The notes beneath the pieces were generated by a model. It did no database searches. It was not told the origin of the DNA and was given only the letters and a program-made list of their open reading frames with translations. Below, piece after piece: positions 19,358 through 29,709 of a stretch of 64,000 nucleotides of DNA (within the stretch, counting starts at the first letter, position 1; each line of letters opens with the position of its first letter). The stretch comes from Nanobdellota archaeon (GTDB lineage: Archaea > Nanobdellota > Nanobdellia > Woesearchaeales > GW2011-AR4). The position numbers and the translations under genes were made by a program. The DNA lies in the NCBI GenBank assembly GCA_038046685.1, contig JBBSVT010000074.1, forward strand, positions 389 through 64,388, in the 5' to 3' direction.

Positions 19358-20139
19358 TTGTTGGAGATTCTTTAGAAGAATTAAAAAAGATTCTTTCTGA
19401 ATCAGTAGATCTAGTATTTGCTGATCCGCCATATAACATGTCTAAGAAAAAAGGGTTGGGATGGAAATACAGCAACCACATAACTATGCAAGAAGAATGG
19501 GATATATTCTCTAAAGATGATTATCTTCAATTTAATCAAAAATGGATAAAAGAATGTTTAAGAACTTTAAAGCACGGTGGCAGTTTATGGATATGTGGTT
19601 CTTTTCACAATATTTACCAAGTTGGATTTATCTTACAACACATAGAAGATGTAAAAATCAACAATAGTATAGTATGGTTTAAGCCAAATGCTCAGCCAAA
19701 CATAACTTGCAGAATGTTTACAGAAAGCACAGAACATTTAATCTGGGCATCTAAAAATGGGAATGGGCAGAAATGGAAATTCAATTATGAAGAAACCAAA
19801 AAATTAATTCAAGATCCTCTAAATCCTGAAGGTAAACAAACTAGAAATGTTTGGTGGATTCCATTAACCCCAAGAAAGGAAAAATGGGCAGGATCCCATC
19901 CAACTCAGAAACCTTTAGAGTTACTCAGAAGAGTGATCTTATCCTGCACCAATGAAGGAGATACTGTTTTAGATCCATTTTTAGGTTCTGGGACTACTTC
20001 TGTGGCATCAAAAATGCTTGGAAGAAATTCCATCGGTATTGAGAAGGACAAAAGATATTATGATATTATAAAAAAAAGGTTAAATGAGCCGCAAAAGAAA
20101 ATAGAAGAATATGTCGAAGTTGGTCATTTAAATGGCTAA
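19354..20139 (+). CDS. beta-class N6-adenine/N4-cytosine DNA methyltransferase (motif IV DPPY N-terminal, motif I FxGxG C-terminal); non-ATG start inferred
   Basis: Frame open from 19336: KIIVGDSLEELKKILSESVDLVFADPPYN precedes the first ATG (19438); C-terminal VLDPFLGSGTTSVASKMLGR. Only ATA/ATT candidates lie upstream of DPPY. Confidence 0.75.
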   Translation: MIVGDSLEELKKILSESVDLVFADPPYNMSKKKGLGWKYSNHITMQEEWDIFSKDDYLQFNQKWIKECLRTLKHGGSLWICGSFHNIYQVGFILQHIEDVKINNSIVWFKPNAQPNITCRMFTESTEHLIWASKNGNGQKWKFNYEETKKLIQDPLNPEGKQTRNVWWIPLTPRKEKWAGSHPTQKPLELLRRVILSCTNEGDTVLDPFLGSGTTSVASKMLGRNSIGIEKDKRYYDIIKKRLNEPQKKIEEYVEVGHLNG

Positions 20140-21100
20140 TGAGATCGTTAGAGAAATACCTGTAAACCTGTTTGAGATTAATCCTGAAAATCCAAGACTA
20201 ATTTTTGACCAGGAAAAACTCGATAGACTTCTAGAGTCAGTTAAAGAACGAGGAATTCTTGTTCCGTTAAATGTATTTATCAATGATAATAAAAAGTATA
20301 CAATAATAGACGGAGAAAGAAGGTATAAAGTAGCATTGCAACTTGGTTTGACAAAATTACCAGTTATAATAAATGAAAGGCCACGATCTGAAGATTATGT
20401 ACAAGATATGTTCCATATACACAACTTACGTGAACCATGGGAATTAGTTCCAACGGCCATTAAACTCAATCAGGTTATAGAAAATTTTTCAAAAAAACAA
20501 GGACACAAACCTACGGAAAGAGAATTAAACAAATTAACTGGGTTAACTATATCGGAGATTAGACGATGTCGTCTTATTCTTACATTTCCTGAAAAAATCC
20601 AAGACCTAATGTTACAAGATGAAGCTAAAACTAGCAAAGAAAAAAGCATTATTGGAAAGGATAAACTTCTAACAGAAGATTTTTTTATAGAAATGGCTAA
20701 AAATATAATTTCCCCTTTAGAAAAAAATAATCCAAGAGCCTTTAAAGAAATTGGAGGGAGTAAAAAGATATTTGAAGCGGTTATAGAAAAAAGAAAAAGT
20801 GGGCTAATAAAAAACATCGTATCATTGAGACCCTTATCAAAGTGTATAAGAGATCGTCCAATAAAAGGTGGTCAAGCCATTAGAAGTTTTGTTCAAAATC
20901 AAAATTTATCCTCTGAAGATTTGATATCCAAGGTGGGATTGGTATTCGATTTATATAAATTTGAAAGGAATATGAATGTTTTTTATGGTGCCCTCGATAA
21001 TATTCCAAAAGATTTAGTTGCAAAAGATAAAGAGAATATAGTTAAAATTTTAAGAAAAATGAAAAATTCTATCGAACAAAAATTGAAAGAGTTAAGGTAA
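20132..21100 (+). CDS. ParB-like nuclease (ParB/Srx) domain protein
   Basis: ILVPLNVF...YTIIDGERRYKVALQLG (GERR box); ATG overlaps the MTase stop, implying translational coupling. Confidence 0.7.
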   Translation: MANEIVREIPVNLFEINPENPRLIFDQEKLDRLLESVKERGILVPLNVFINDNKKYTIIDGERRYKVALQLGLTKLPVIINERPRSEDYVQDMFHIHNLREPWELVPTAIKLNQVIENFSKKQGHKPTERELNKLTGLTISEIRRCRLILTFPEKIQDLMLQDEAKTSKEKSIIGKDKLLTEDFFIEMAKNIISPLEKNNPRAFKEIGGSKKIFEAVIEKRKSGLIKNIVSLRPLSKCIRDRPIKGGQAIRSFVQNQNLSSEDLISKVGLVFDLYKFERNMNVFYGALDNIPKDLVAKDKENIVKILRKMKNSIEQKLKELR

Positions 21101-21104
21101 TGGT

Positions 21105-21932
21105 ATGGCACTTCTCAAACCAAACGAGCTAGATAGTAAGATTCGTAATAAGCTATTCTCATTCTTAAAGAAAAAATACAAAGTTTATGTACATAAAAAT
21201 TATAGTGTTTATAATAATTTTGCCCCAGATTACTATTTAAAACAAAAAAATGGTAAGAAAACAATTGTTATATATAGAAATCCTCCAGAATTTCCAAATG
21301 TTCAGAGCGAGGATATTAGGACAGCTTTAAAAGAAGGTATAAGTGTTTATATTGCTATATTCAATCATGATTATAATCCATTATTAGACGAGTTAATAAA
21401 TAAGTGCGATACTATTTATGGTGCAGGGGTACTACAAATATCAAATTCTTTCGATTGTGTAGTTCTACAACCTGCTCTTCTTGATGTACCAAAATCAGAT
21501 AATATTATTGAAAATAGAATAAAGATTTTTATAAGTTCAAAGTTATGGATTCCCGAGAGAGATATAACTAGAAATGTTTTAAAAAAAGTTAAATATCAGC
21601 CAATATGTGTAGAAAGGATTCCTGGAGAAAAAACAATTCAAGAAAATTGTTTCAAATGGATAGAAAAAAGTCAATTTTTTATAGCGATCGTAACACGTCA
21701 ATATAGGCAGATGGTAGATAAAGAAATAAAACATGCACTTAAAAAGAAAAAAAAAGAAAAATGCTTATTCTATATTAAAAATGATTGTTTTCAAGAGAAA
21801 AAACTAAAACTTAAAAATTTAATTAAATTTATTCAGAAAGAAGCAACTTTTCACAAATTTGTTAATGAAACCGAGCTTAGAAAAATGCAACCAAAGCAAA
21901 TTGCTGAATTGATTGGTAAAAATACAAAATAA
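21105..21932 (+). CDS. hypothetical protein, C-terminal half weakly TIR-like
   Basis: KIFISS...GEKTIQENCFKWIEKSQFFIAIVTRQY resembles TIR betaA and the alphaC/betaD pattern; no further support. Confidence 0.35.
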   Translation: MALLKPNELDSKIRNKLFSFLKKKYKVYVHKNYSVYNNFAPDYYLKQKNGKKTIVIYRNPPEFPNVQSEDIRTALKEGISVYIAIFNHDYNPLLDELINKCDTIYGAGVLQISNSFDCVVLQPALLDVPKSDNIIENRIKIFISSKLWIPERDITRNVLKKVKYQPICVERIPGEKTIQENCFKWIEKSQFFIAIVTRQYRQMVDKEIKHALKKKKKEKCLFYIKNDCFQEKKLKLKNLIKFIQKEATFHKFVNETELRKMQPKQIAELIGKNTK

Positions 21933-22072
21933 TTTTTTCTGAACTAAAAACGGAACTCCCATAACAAACGAAACGACTAAAACTAAATGTCCCCCTTAAT
22001 ACTTGTTCTTGATTGCTCACTTTGTTCGCCTGATAGAACTACGAGCCACTAAAAATTACTTTGCGGACGCAG

Positions 22073-22098
22073 GTTTTCGGAACTTCGTAACCGAAAAC
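22073..22098. terminator. 8-bp perfect hairpin between convergent genes
   Basis: GGTTTTCGG-aacttcgtaa-CCGAAAAC lies between the 3' ends of 21105..21932(+) and copA(-). Confidence 0.3.
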
Positions 22099-22112
22099 GA
22101 TCTTAACAAAGA

Positions 22113-24749
22113 TTAACCTTTCCATCTTCTCATTACCAAACTATTGCTTACAACACTTACCGAGCTGAAAGCCATTGCTGCCCCTGCTATGATTGGATTT
22201 AAAAGGAATCCAAAGAACGGGTATAAAATTCCTGCAGCTATTGGGATTCCTGCTGTATTGTAAAAGAAAGCCCAGAACAAGTTCTGCTTTATTTTTTTTA
22301 TAGTATATGAACTTAATTTGATAGCCTTGGTTACATCCCTTAAGTCATTTTTTATCAAGACTATTGAGCCAGTTTCGATTGCAACATCAGTACCAGCGCC
22401 TATTGCAATGCCAACATCTGCTGCTGCCAATGCAGGCGCGTCATTTATGCCATCTCCGACCATGGCAACAACCCTGCCTTCTTTTTGCAGCTGTTTTATT
22501 TCGTTTTCTTTGTCTTGCGGCAGAACTTCTGCCAGAACCCTATCAATTCCCGCCTGAGAAGCTATTTCCTTTGCGACTCTTTCATTGTCGCCTGTAATCA
22601 TAATCACTTCTTTGCCTATTTTATGAAGCTCTTCAATCGCTTCTTTGGAATTTTCTTTTAAAGTGTCAGTGATTGCAATCAGCCCAATTGCTGATTTATT
22701 AACAGACACTATTACTGTTGTTTTTCCCTGTTCCTCAAGCACGCTTATTTTTTGCCCTATTTCATCATCAATTTTTATTTTGTGCTGCTGCAATAATTTT
22801 TTATTCCCGACAAGAATGTTATATTTCTTATATCTTGCAATAACTCCTTTGCCGCTTACCGCCTCAAATTCAGATGCCTCGCTAACTGCAATATTTTTGC
22901 TTTTTGCAGAATTAATTATAGCCTCTGCTAAAGGGTGCTCTGAGCCCTTTTCGGCAATTGCAGCAAACCTTATAACATCATTTTCAGCATATTTATCGTC
23001 TAAAACAACTATGTCCGTTGCCTCAGGTTTGCCTTTTGTCAATGTGCCTGTTTTGTCAAAAACTATTGTTGTCAGCTTATGGGCTGTTTCAAGAGCCTCT
23101 GCATTTTTTATCAGAATTCCATTTTCAGCGCCTTTTCCGGTGCCAACCATAATGGCAGTGGGAGTTGCCAAGCCAAGAGCGCAGGGGCATGCAATTATCA
23201 GGACAGCCACAAAAACTTCAAATGAGAAAATAAATGGGTTGGTTGGTTGCATAAAATTCGGCGCTATGAAATACCAAAAGGAGAATGCAAGAATGGCAAT
23301 TAAAATTACGACAGGCACAAAAATACCTGAAACTTTATCTGCAAGCCTTTGGATTGGGGCTTTTGAAGCCTGGGCTTCTTCAACAAGTTTGATGATTTGG
23401 GAAAGCGTTGTCTCAGAGCCAACCTTTATCGCTTTAATCTTAAGCAGGCCGTTTTTGTTTAATGTTGAGCCTATTACAATGTCATCTTTGTTCTTTGAAA
23501 CTGGAACGCTCTCTCCTGTGATCATTGACTCATCTACATAAGAAGAGCCGAAAATTACAATGCCGTCAGTTGCTATTTTTCCACCTGGTTTTGCAATGAA
23601 GGCATCGCCAACCTGCAATTCCTCAACTGGAACTTCAAGTTCTTTGTCGTTTCTGATTACAATTGCGGTTTTTGGCTGCAATCCAATTAGCTTCCTTATC
23701 GCTTCAGAGGCTTTGCCTTTCGTTAAAGCTTCTAGATATTTGCCCAGCAATATGAAAGATATTATTATTGCAGAAGTATCATAATAAATTCCTCCGGTAA
23801 AGGAGTTTGGGAATAATGTTGCTAACATGCTATATACATATGCCGCAGAAGTCCCAAGTGCAATCAAAGTATCCATATTTGCTGATTTGTTCATTAAGCC
23901 AATGTAGGTTCCTACATAAAACCGGTAACCCAAGAGAATTTGGATAGGAGTTGCCAGCAACAGCAATGCATAGTTTTGATAAGGGAAAGATACCTTGAAC
24001 CATTCTGGAAAAGAAAGAATAAAAATAGGGATGCTTAACAAAAATCCAATAATTACTTCAATTTTTAGCTTTTTTATTTCTTTTTCCCTTGCTGCCTTTT
24101 CCGTGTCAGCCAACGCGCCAGAAGCTTCAACTGGCTCATAGCCGGCTTTCTTAATCGCATTTTTGATTTCCTCTGGATTCGTCAATTCAGGGTCATATTT
24201 TATAAAAGCATTTTCATTGGCATACAGCTCTTTTGAAGTTATTCCCTTCAGCAAATTTAGGGAACCACTGACAGTTCCTACGCAATGAGGGTTGTCCATT
24301 CCAATTATTTTTAATTTGATGCTGGCAGCATTTCCAGCTGTGTTATTCTCCTCAATAACTTTATAGCCTGCCTTCCTGACTGCATTTTTCAATGAATCCT
24401 CATTTGTTTTTGTCCTGTCAAATTCTACATTAGCTTTTTCAGACGCGAAATTCACGTTTGCTTTCACTACACCTTCTGTCCCGGAAAGTGCCTTTTCAAT
24501 AGTTTGGGCGCATGTTGCGCAATGCATTCCTAAAATGGAAATTGATGTTTTTTTGACATCGCTTTCATACAAATTCTTTGGCTTTTCATTCAATGAAATT
24601 TTTTTAAATGATTTTTTGTCAGGTGTTTTTTTGTTAAACTTATCGCAGCAGCTTTTGCTGCAGAAATAGTATTTTTTTCCACTTCTAGTTAATTTAAACT
24701 TCGCTGTTCCCTCAGCAATTTCCATTCCGCATACAGGGTCTTGTGGCAT
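22113..24749 (-). CDS. copA: copper-translocating P1B-type ATPase with N-terminal TRASH/YHS-like domain and two HMA domains
   Basis: N-terminal PVCGMEI...YYFCSKSCC; two GMxCxxC HMA motifs; [18 protein letters not shown]. Confidence 0.9.
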   Translation of the reverse strand: MPQDPVCGMEIAEGTAKFKLTRSGKKYYFCSKSCCDKFNKKTPDKKSFKKISLNEKPKNLYESDVKKTSISILGMHCATCAQTIEKALSGTEGVVKANVNFASEKANVEFDRTKTNEDSLKNAVRKAGYKVIEENNTAGNAASIKLKIIGMDNPHCVGTVSGSLNLLKGITSKELYANENAFIKYDPELTNPEEIKNAIKKAGYEPVEASGALADTEKAAREKEIKKLKIEVIIGFLLSIPIFILSFPEWFKVSFPYQNYALLLLATPIQILLGYRFYVGTYIGLMNKSANMDTLIALGTSAAYVYSMLATLFPNSFTGGIYYDTSAIIISFILLGKYLEALTKGKASEAIRKLIGLQPKTAIVIRNDKELEVPVEELQVGDAFIAKPGGKIATDGIVIFGSSYVDESMITGESVPVSKNKDDIVIGSTLNKNGLLKIKAIKVGSETTLSQIIKLVEEAQASKAPIQRLADKVSGIFVPVVILIAILAFSFWYFIAPNFMQPTNPFIFSFEVFVAVLIIACPCALGLATPTAIMVGTGKGAENGILIKNAEALETAHKLTTIVFDKTGTLTKGKPEATDIVVLDDKYAENDVIRFAAIAEKGSEHPLAEAIINSAKSKNIAVSEASEFEAVSGKGVIARYKKYNILVGNKKLLQQHKIKIDDEIGQKISVLEEQGKTTVIVSVNKSAIGLIAITDTLKENSKEAIEELHKIGKEVIMITGDNERVAKEIASQAGIDRVLAEVLPQDKENEIKQLQKEGRVVAMVGDGINDAPALAAADVGIAIGAGTDVAIETGSIVLIKNDLRDVTKAIKLSSYTIKKIKQNLFWAFFYNTAGIPIAAGILYPFFGFLLNPIIAGAAMAFSSVSVVSNSLVMRRWKG

Positions 24750-24772
24750 TTTTGTCGTATTAATCCAAATGG

Positions 24773-24973
24773 TTACTGGCTTTTATTGTCTACGCCTAAT
24801 GCCTTATGCACCCAGCACCAGCCTATAAAGCTTTCAATTAATGCAATCCAGCCAACAAATGCTACAGCCCAATTAACCAATTCAATATTAAACTTTGGAG
24901 CAAAAGGCCCAAGCCACCAAAAAGCAAGAGCAAATCTCAAAATTCTGTCCAGTTTTCCCAAATTATGTTTCAT
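24773..24973 (-). CDS. DUF2892 (YgaP-like) small membrane protein
   Basis: [22 protein letters not shown] pattern. Confidence 0.45.
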   Translation of the reverse strand: MKHNLGKLDRILRFALAFWWLGPFAPKFNIELVNWAVAFVGWIALIESFIGWCWVHKALGVDNKSQ

Positions 24974-25163
24974 CTTTACCTCGCCATATCTTTTTTATTC
25001 TAACTCAGGAATCGATTGAATGCTTTACTATTTCAAAATTGCAGCTATGATATTTCCTGCAATGCTGCTCGCATTTTTCAGCCCAATTTTTGTCTTTGTA
25101 ATTGAATCTGCACTCTTTACATTGAAAATACAATTTTTTATTATCCTTTACCTTTTTTACCAT

Positions 25164-26009
25164 CTAATCTAAATTCCATTTAAACTCCCTTTTAGTGCTG
25201 TCCCTTATTTCAAGCTTAATTGATTTTGTAATACTATTTATCTCTGGAAATTTCAAAATTCCGCTTCTGTGATGTCCGCCAGGCTCAGAGCCTTCCCATT
25301 TTAACGGCTTATAAATGTTGCCTAAACCATCATTTAACGTTGAAATTTGAGTTAAATCAAAATCCAAATCAACAGAATGGGTGCTTATCACAATCTGGAA
25401 TTCTGAAGGGCTAACCGGAGTGACTTGGAATTCCACATTATTTTCGTTGCTGATTAAAGTTTGGAAAGCATTTCGAGTTGGTTCAACGTTTTGACTTTTT
25501 AATGTAAAGTAGTATGATGAAGATAGGGATATAACTGATACTGCAAGGAGAGAATAAAAAACTAGCTTAATTTTTTGCTTTTGGACTCCTGCGTACATCA
25601 AACTTGCCATATAGGCTATGCCAAGCACATTGGAGAAAATCCCCATCAAAAGGAATGTCGATTGATATTTTGTTAGAAACAAGCCTAAAGCCGAAATTCC
25701 AAGAAAAGGGGCAATGTCTGCAACATGGTGGGCACAGCAGGCAACCATAGAAGTTGCCGAGATTCCAGCAGATGCTGCAGCCTCGGCTGATGCTTTCCTG
25801 TGCATCTCACCCTTAATGTAGAAAAACATAGCCATCTGTATCCCAAAACCGACAATCAGTGGAATCATCCAGTACCATAGCTTAACAAAATTATCAACTG
25901 CAAAAGAAACTCCACCAAGTAATGAAGCTACCGTAAAATAAAATATCAAAAGAACCGTACCTGCCAATAAACCTACTACAGTGTATTTATCATAATTCTT
26001 TTCCAACAC
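25164..26009 (-). CDS. polytopic membrane protein with CCAHH motif and His-containing extracytoplasmic C-terminal domain; possibly metal-handling
   Basis: About six hydrophobic helices; MVACCAHHVADIAPF; C-terminal soluble domain with GGHHRSG; adjacent to copA. Confidence 0.45.
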   Translation of the reverse strand: MLEKNYDKYTVVGLLAGTVLLIFYFTVASLLGGVSFAVDNFVKLWYWMIPLIVGFGIQMAMFFYIKGEMHRKASAEAAASAGISATSMVACCAHHVADIAPFLGISALGLFLTKYQSTFLLMGIFSNVLGIAYMASLMYAGVQKQKIKLVFYSLLAVSVISLSSSYYFTLKSQNVEPTRNAFQTLISNENNVEFQVTPVSPSEFQIVISTHSVDLDFDLTQISTLNDGLGNIYKPLKWEGSEPGGHHRSGILKFPEINSITKSIKLEIRDSTKREFKWNLD

Positions 26010-26144
26010 GAAACACCTTTTCTTAAACCGATATATCTATTTTCGATATATTACACAGTAAGTATATAAACCTTTCTATTTATATCTAAATCCGATATGT
26101 CAAAAATAGAAAATTATTTATAGACGGGCAGTTATTGCCATGTC

Positions 26145-26552
26145 ATGACTCGTGTAAAAGTAACAAATATGCTGAAATTCTATACTATATGCCTTTTGAC
26201 CAGCGGGCCAAAGCATGGCTATGACTTGATTAAGGAGCTGGAGGAAAAATTTGGACGAAGGATAAGTGCGAGCAGTGTGTATCCGTTCCTAGATACCTTG
26301 CGAAAAAACAAATTAATCAAATTTAACAGGATTGATAAGAGAGACAAAAAGGTATATCACATGACGGCAGATGGCAAAAATTTTGCAAAGCAAATGTTCG
26401 GCAAGTTTGGACATCTCATCAACATTGCGATCGAGCCAAATATATATAAATGCCCTTGCGGATGCAGGATTTACGCTGGCGGCCATATTGAAAGGGTTAA
26501 AGGCAAAATAATGAAGTTTTGTTGCCAGCATTGTGCAAAGACTTACAGATAA
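26145..26552 (+). CDS. PadR-family transcriptional regulator fused to a C-terminal TRASH-like Cys cluster (putative copper-responsive regulator)
   Basis: GPKHGYDLIKELEE...SVYPFLDTLRKNKLI...KVYHMTADG is a PadR wHTH; C-terminal CPCGCRIY...FCCQHCAKTY; divergent from copA; TATA ATTATTTATAGA about 30 nt upstream. Confidence 0.7.
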   Translation: MTRVKVTNMLKFYTICLLTSGPKHGYDLIKELEEKFGRRISASSVYPFLDTLRKNKLIKFNRIDKRDKKVYHMTADGKNFAKQMFGKFGHLINIAIEPNIYKCPCGCRIYAGGHIERVKGKIMKFCCQHCAKTYR

Positions 26553-26567
26553 GGCATTAATCATTCA

Positions 26568-27071
26568 TTATTCTTTGCAGCAATCTACAATCTTTTTTAT
26601 AATAAGGGAGAATTTGCCCATGATTCCGTCTTCTTTAGCATCCAGTTTCGCTGGATATTTCATTTCCTCAATCTCAAAGGCTTTTAAATTAATCCCAAAA
26701 AATAATGAATATAGCTGAAATGCTGAAGTAAAGTAGAGATTTGCCTCTTCCTTGTTTTTATTGCCTAATTCCTTTGTGCCAACTTCGATTAAGCGCATGC
26801 TCGCAGCCAGCAGATGCTTGCTGATGCACCACTCTTCTCCTTGCGGATTTGTTACAATCTTTGCAAGAAGGATTTTTCTTAAATTTCTTACGGAATTCAG
26901 CATTTCCAGATATTTTTGGTTGTCGGTTTTCATCGCTGTGAAATAGAAGTGCTCCTCAAGACTAATAAGGTTCATTAATGCTATGCTTAAATCCTCATCT
27001 CTGGACAAATCAGAATTTCCTTTTTTTACTTCCTCTACTTTTGCCAGCCATTTATTAATTTTGTTTTCCAT
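26568..27071 (-). CDS. hypothetical protein
   Basis: 167-aa ORF, no motif. Confidence 0.4.
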   Translation of the reverse strand: MENKINKWLAKVEEVKKGNSDLSRDEDLSIALMNLISLEEHFYFTAMKTDNQKYLEMLNSVRNLRKILLAKIVTNPQGEEWCISKHLLAASMRLIEVGTKELGNKNKEEANLYFTSAFQLYSLFFGINLKAFEIEEMKYPAKLDAKEDGIMGKFSLIIKKIVDCCKE

Positions 27072-27072
27072 T

Positions 27073-27606
27073 TTATTTGAAAATAAAAATTAATCCTGAA
27101 CTAGCCACAATAAGCAAAAGTAATGTAAGAGCAATTCCTTGGAACGGGAATAAAACCTTGCCATTAAGTTTTTTGAGGTGGATATGCAGAAAATACGAAA
27201 TAAGCGTAATAAAAAAGCCGACAATGCTGCCAAAAAACAGCTTGTTTACCCAATAAACCTTGTTTAGGAAGGAGCCTGCTGCGCCAAACCATAATATTGG
27301 CAAATAAATTGCTTCGCTGCTGACGTACATCAAAGGCATAATTGTCAATATGTAAGATAGCAATACAATTACCGGCAATTGAAATGTAAAATATTGTTTT
27401 TTTATTCTTAATCCAATCCACAGGCCTGTTGAAACCCCAAATGCGCCTATGAGCAAGCCAATTGCGCTTTCGTCCAACCCATAATATTTTGCAGAGATAG
27501 CCGCTGTGCCAACAGCAGCAGTGCACAATGGGCAATGCGCATGGGTTGCTGGGATAATTACCAGTGACAGCATTAAAATTAATGACACTAGGATTATTTT
27601 TTTCAT
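27073..27606 (-). CDS. membrane protein with signal peptide and HAHCPLC motif
   Basis: Signal-like N-terminus; HAHCPLCTAAVG; four or more TM helices. Confidence 0.45.
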   Translation of the reverse strand: MKKIILVSLILMLSLVIIPATHAHCPLCTAAVGTAAISAKYYGLDESAIGLLIGAFGVSTGLWIGLRIKKQYFTFQLPVIVLLSYILTIMPLMYVSSEAIYLPILWFGAAGSFLNKVYWVNKLFFGSIVGFFITLISYFLHIHLKKLNGKVLFPFQGIALTLLLLIVASSGLIFIFK

Positions 27607-27637
27607 TGATGCTCACCTGCTATGTTTGGCTCATCTG

Positions 27638-28411
27638 TTATTGGGATTTTTGCTGCAGTCTCGCAGGAAGGGTCCCATGATGCTCATACATCATCTTCTC
27701 ATCTTCAGTCCAGCCCGTCATGTCCACTTGTGTTTTGGCTTGTTTTGTTTGAGATTGGCTTTCAATTCTCCTGTATTTATTCGAGGCAAGATTTATGTAA
27801 TTTAATTCAATGCTCTTCTCTCTAAGCACTTTTGCTTTTTGAGACATTTGAGATGGAAAAAACAAAGTTTTCCACTTGCCTAATTCCTCCAGTATTTCAT
27901 CATTTGAGAGTTCGTTTCCATGATTCTTGATCAAATATTTGGCTAAGCCCCTCATTGCGAAGCTATGGGCGCATCCGCATGCTGGCTCCCCATTTCCAAA
28001 AATAATCGCTTCAACTCCGCAGCAATACTCGCAGCTTATTTGGCTCCCAACCTTGATATACCTGTCTAAGTCGTTCCCGCTTAATTTTATTTGCCGGTCG
28101 AGGATACCTAGCTTGTTTATAGTTAAATCAGATTTCTGCTGATTATTTGCCGAGATATCATCAAAGCTTAAACCCAATTCGCTGCCGTAAACATTTGGAA
28201 TGCCTCTTGGTAAAACATCAAATGAGGCAGTTTTCATTTGAATATTGCTTCCAATATTCCCAATTGGATTTGTGCCTGCAATAGCATTTCCAGTTATTGG
28301 AGGTTTCTTTAATTGGTTTAGTTGAACTAAATTAAAAACCACCACAAGCAAGGCTGCTATTGCTAATACAGTGAGCAGCATTCCCATGGCTTTGTTTTTT
28401 TCAAAATCCAT
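27638..28411 (-). CDS. membrane-anchored protein with Cys-rich extracytoplasmic domain
   Basis: N-terminal TM; CEYCCGVEAIIFGNGEPACGCAHSF. Confidence 0.45.
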   Translation of the reverse strand: MDFEKNKAMGMLLTVLAIAALLVVVFNLVQLNQLKKPPITGNAIAGTNPIGNIGSNIQMKTASFDVLPRGIPNVYGSELGLSFDDISANNQQKSDLTINKLGILDRQIKLSGNDLDRYIKVGSQISCEYCCGVEAIIFGNGEPACGCAHSFAMRGLAKYLIKNHGNELSNDEILEELGKWKTLFFPSQMSQKAKVLREKSIELNYINLASNKYRRIESQSQTKQAKTQVDMTGWTEDEKMMYEHHGTLPARLQQKSQ

Positions 28412-28510
28412 ATTTTTCTCCTTTAATTTGGATTTAATACCTATAGCAAGAAAGAGTTATGAAACACCTTTTTAAAGTAATGATGAAACCAGTTTCAAAA
28501 TATTATTTGA

Positions 28511-28996
28511 TTATTTTAATACTATTATATTAGTCATCCCTCTTCTTTTCCTCTCAAGGACCACTTTTGACTCTAACTTATCCAGCAATCTTGTCACTTT
28601 TACCTTGCTAAAACCAGTTTCTTTCATTAAATCGCTCTGGTATGCAGAACCGGATTTATTTCTTATGATGCCATAAATATTTTTCTCTTCATCAGTAAGC
28701 TTAGTTATGTCTATTTCCTTGAAATCCTTTACGTCTTTAGCAGCTGGTTTATGGAAAAATGATAAATATACTCCAACCCCCAAAATCAAAAATCCAATCC
28801 CAAAAGCAGATACAAGAAGCCAGGAAATATTGCTTTTGTGGGCTGGGCATTGCTGCATGTCTAATTGGTTTTCATGAAATTTCTCGCACAAGAATGCAGA
28901 CTGCTCATCGGAGTCAATTTTAACAAAAGTCAGTATAAAAACTAATATTATTGAGAATCCAGCTAAAAAATACCCGATAGTCTTATTCTGAAACAT
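28511..28996 (-). CDS. membrane-anchored winged-helix transcriptional regulator (two TM helices plus C-terminal wHTH)
   Basis: Two hydrophobic segments; C-terminal YQSDLMKETGFSKVKVTRLLDKLESKVVLER. Confidence 0.5.
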   Translation of the reverse strand: MFQNKTIGYFLAGFSIILVFILTFVKIDSDEQSAFLCEKFHENQLDMQQCPAHKSNISWLLVSAFGIGFLILGVGVYLSFFHKPAAKDVKDFKEIDITKLTDEEKNIYGIIRNKSGSAYQSDLMKETGFSKVKVTRLLDKLESKVVLERKRRGMTNIIVLK

Positions 28997-29168
28997 TTTG
29001 ATTCATAGATGCAACTGGCTGCAATTTAAATATATTGCTATAATCGCAGAACTCAAATCTTATAAATAATAGTGGTTAAATGCAACTGAGTTTGGGTTTC
29101 AATTTGAATAGTCACCTCGCTATTAAAACCGAAACATTTAAATAACAAGTGTAATAATATTATTACAT

Positions 29169-29708
29169 ATGTTACAAAAAGATAACAGGTATAAAATATT
29201 AAGATTGTTCTTTGAAGATCCATCACCGAAAGGCATAGGCTTTCAACTTAGGGAAATAAGCAGAAAAGTAGCTATTGCACCTCCATCTGTAAAAAAGTAT
29301 CTAACGGAAATTGAAAAAGAAGGGCTCATAACCAAAGTAAAGCATAGGATTCACGGATATCCTGTTTACTATGCTAATAGGAACAATGATAACTTTAAAT
29401 TTCTTAAGAGATTGGATACGTTAATGAAAATAAAGGAATCCGGGTTAGTAGACTATCTATCAGAAAGTTGTATGCCTGACGTCATCATACTTTTTGGCTC
29501 GTCTGCAAGTGGAGAAGACTTAAAAGATAGTGATATTGACTTATTTATTGCGTCAAAAGATGAAAAACTTAGCTTGGACAAGTTTGAAAGATATCTTAAC
29601 AGGAAAATTAATATATTGTTTAGTGACAGTTTTGGCAAAATGAGCAAAGAACTAAAAAATAACATAATTAATGGTATAATATTAAAGGGCTATTTGAAGG
29701 TTTTTTAA
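29169..29708 (+). CDS. minimal nucleotidyltransferase (MNT-type antitoxin) with N-terminal HTH
   Basis: IILFGSSASGEDLKDSDIDLFI is the NTase GS...DxD motif. Confidence 0.7.
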   Translation: MLQKDNRYKILRLFFEDPSPKGIGFQLREISRKVAIAPPSVKKYLTEIEKEGLITKVKHRIHGYPVYYANRNNDNFKFLKRLDTLMKIKESGLVDYLSESCMPDVIILFGSSASGEDLKDSDIDLFIASKDEKLSLDKFERYLNRKINILFSDSFGKMSKELKNNIINGIILKGYLKVF

Positions 29709-29709
29709 A

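Noticed and set aside
22318-23784. Plus-strand ORFs (79-298 aa) inside the copA coding region
   Set aside because: They are antisense to a strongly supported P-type ATPase gene and have low-complexity, Ser/Ala/Pro-rich translations typical of shadow ORFs.
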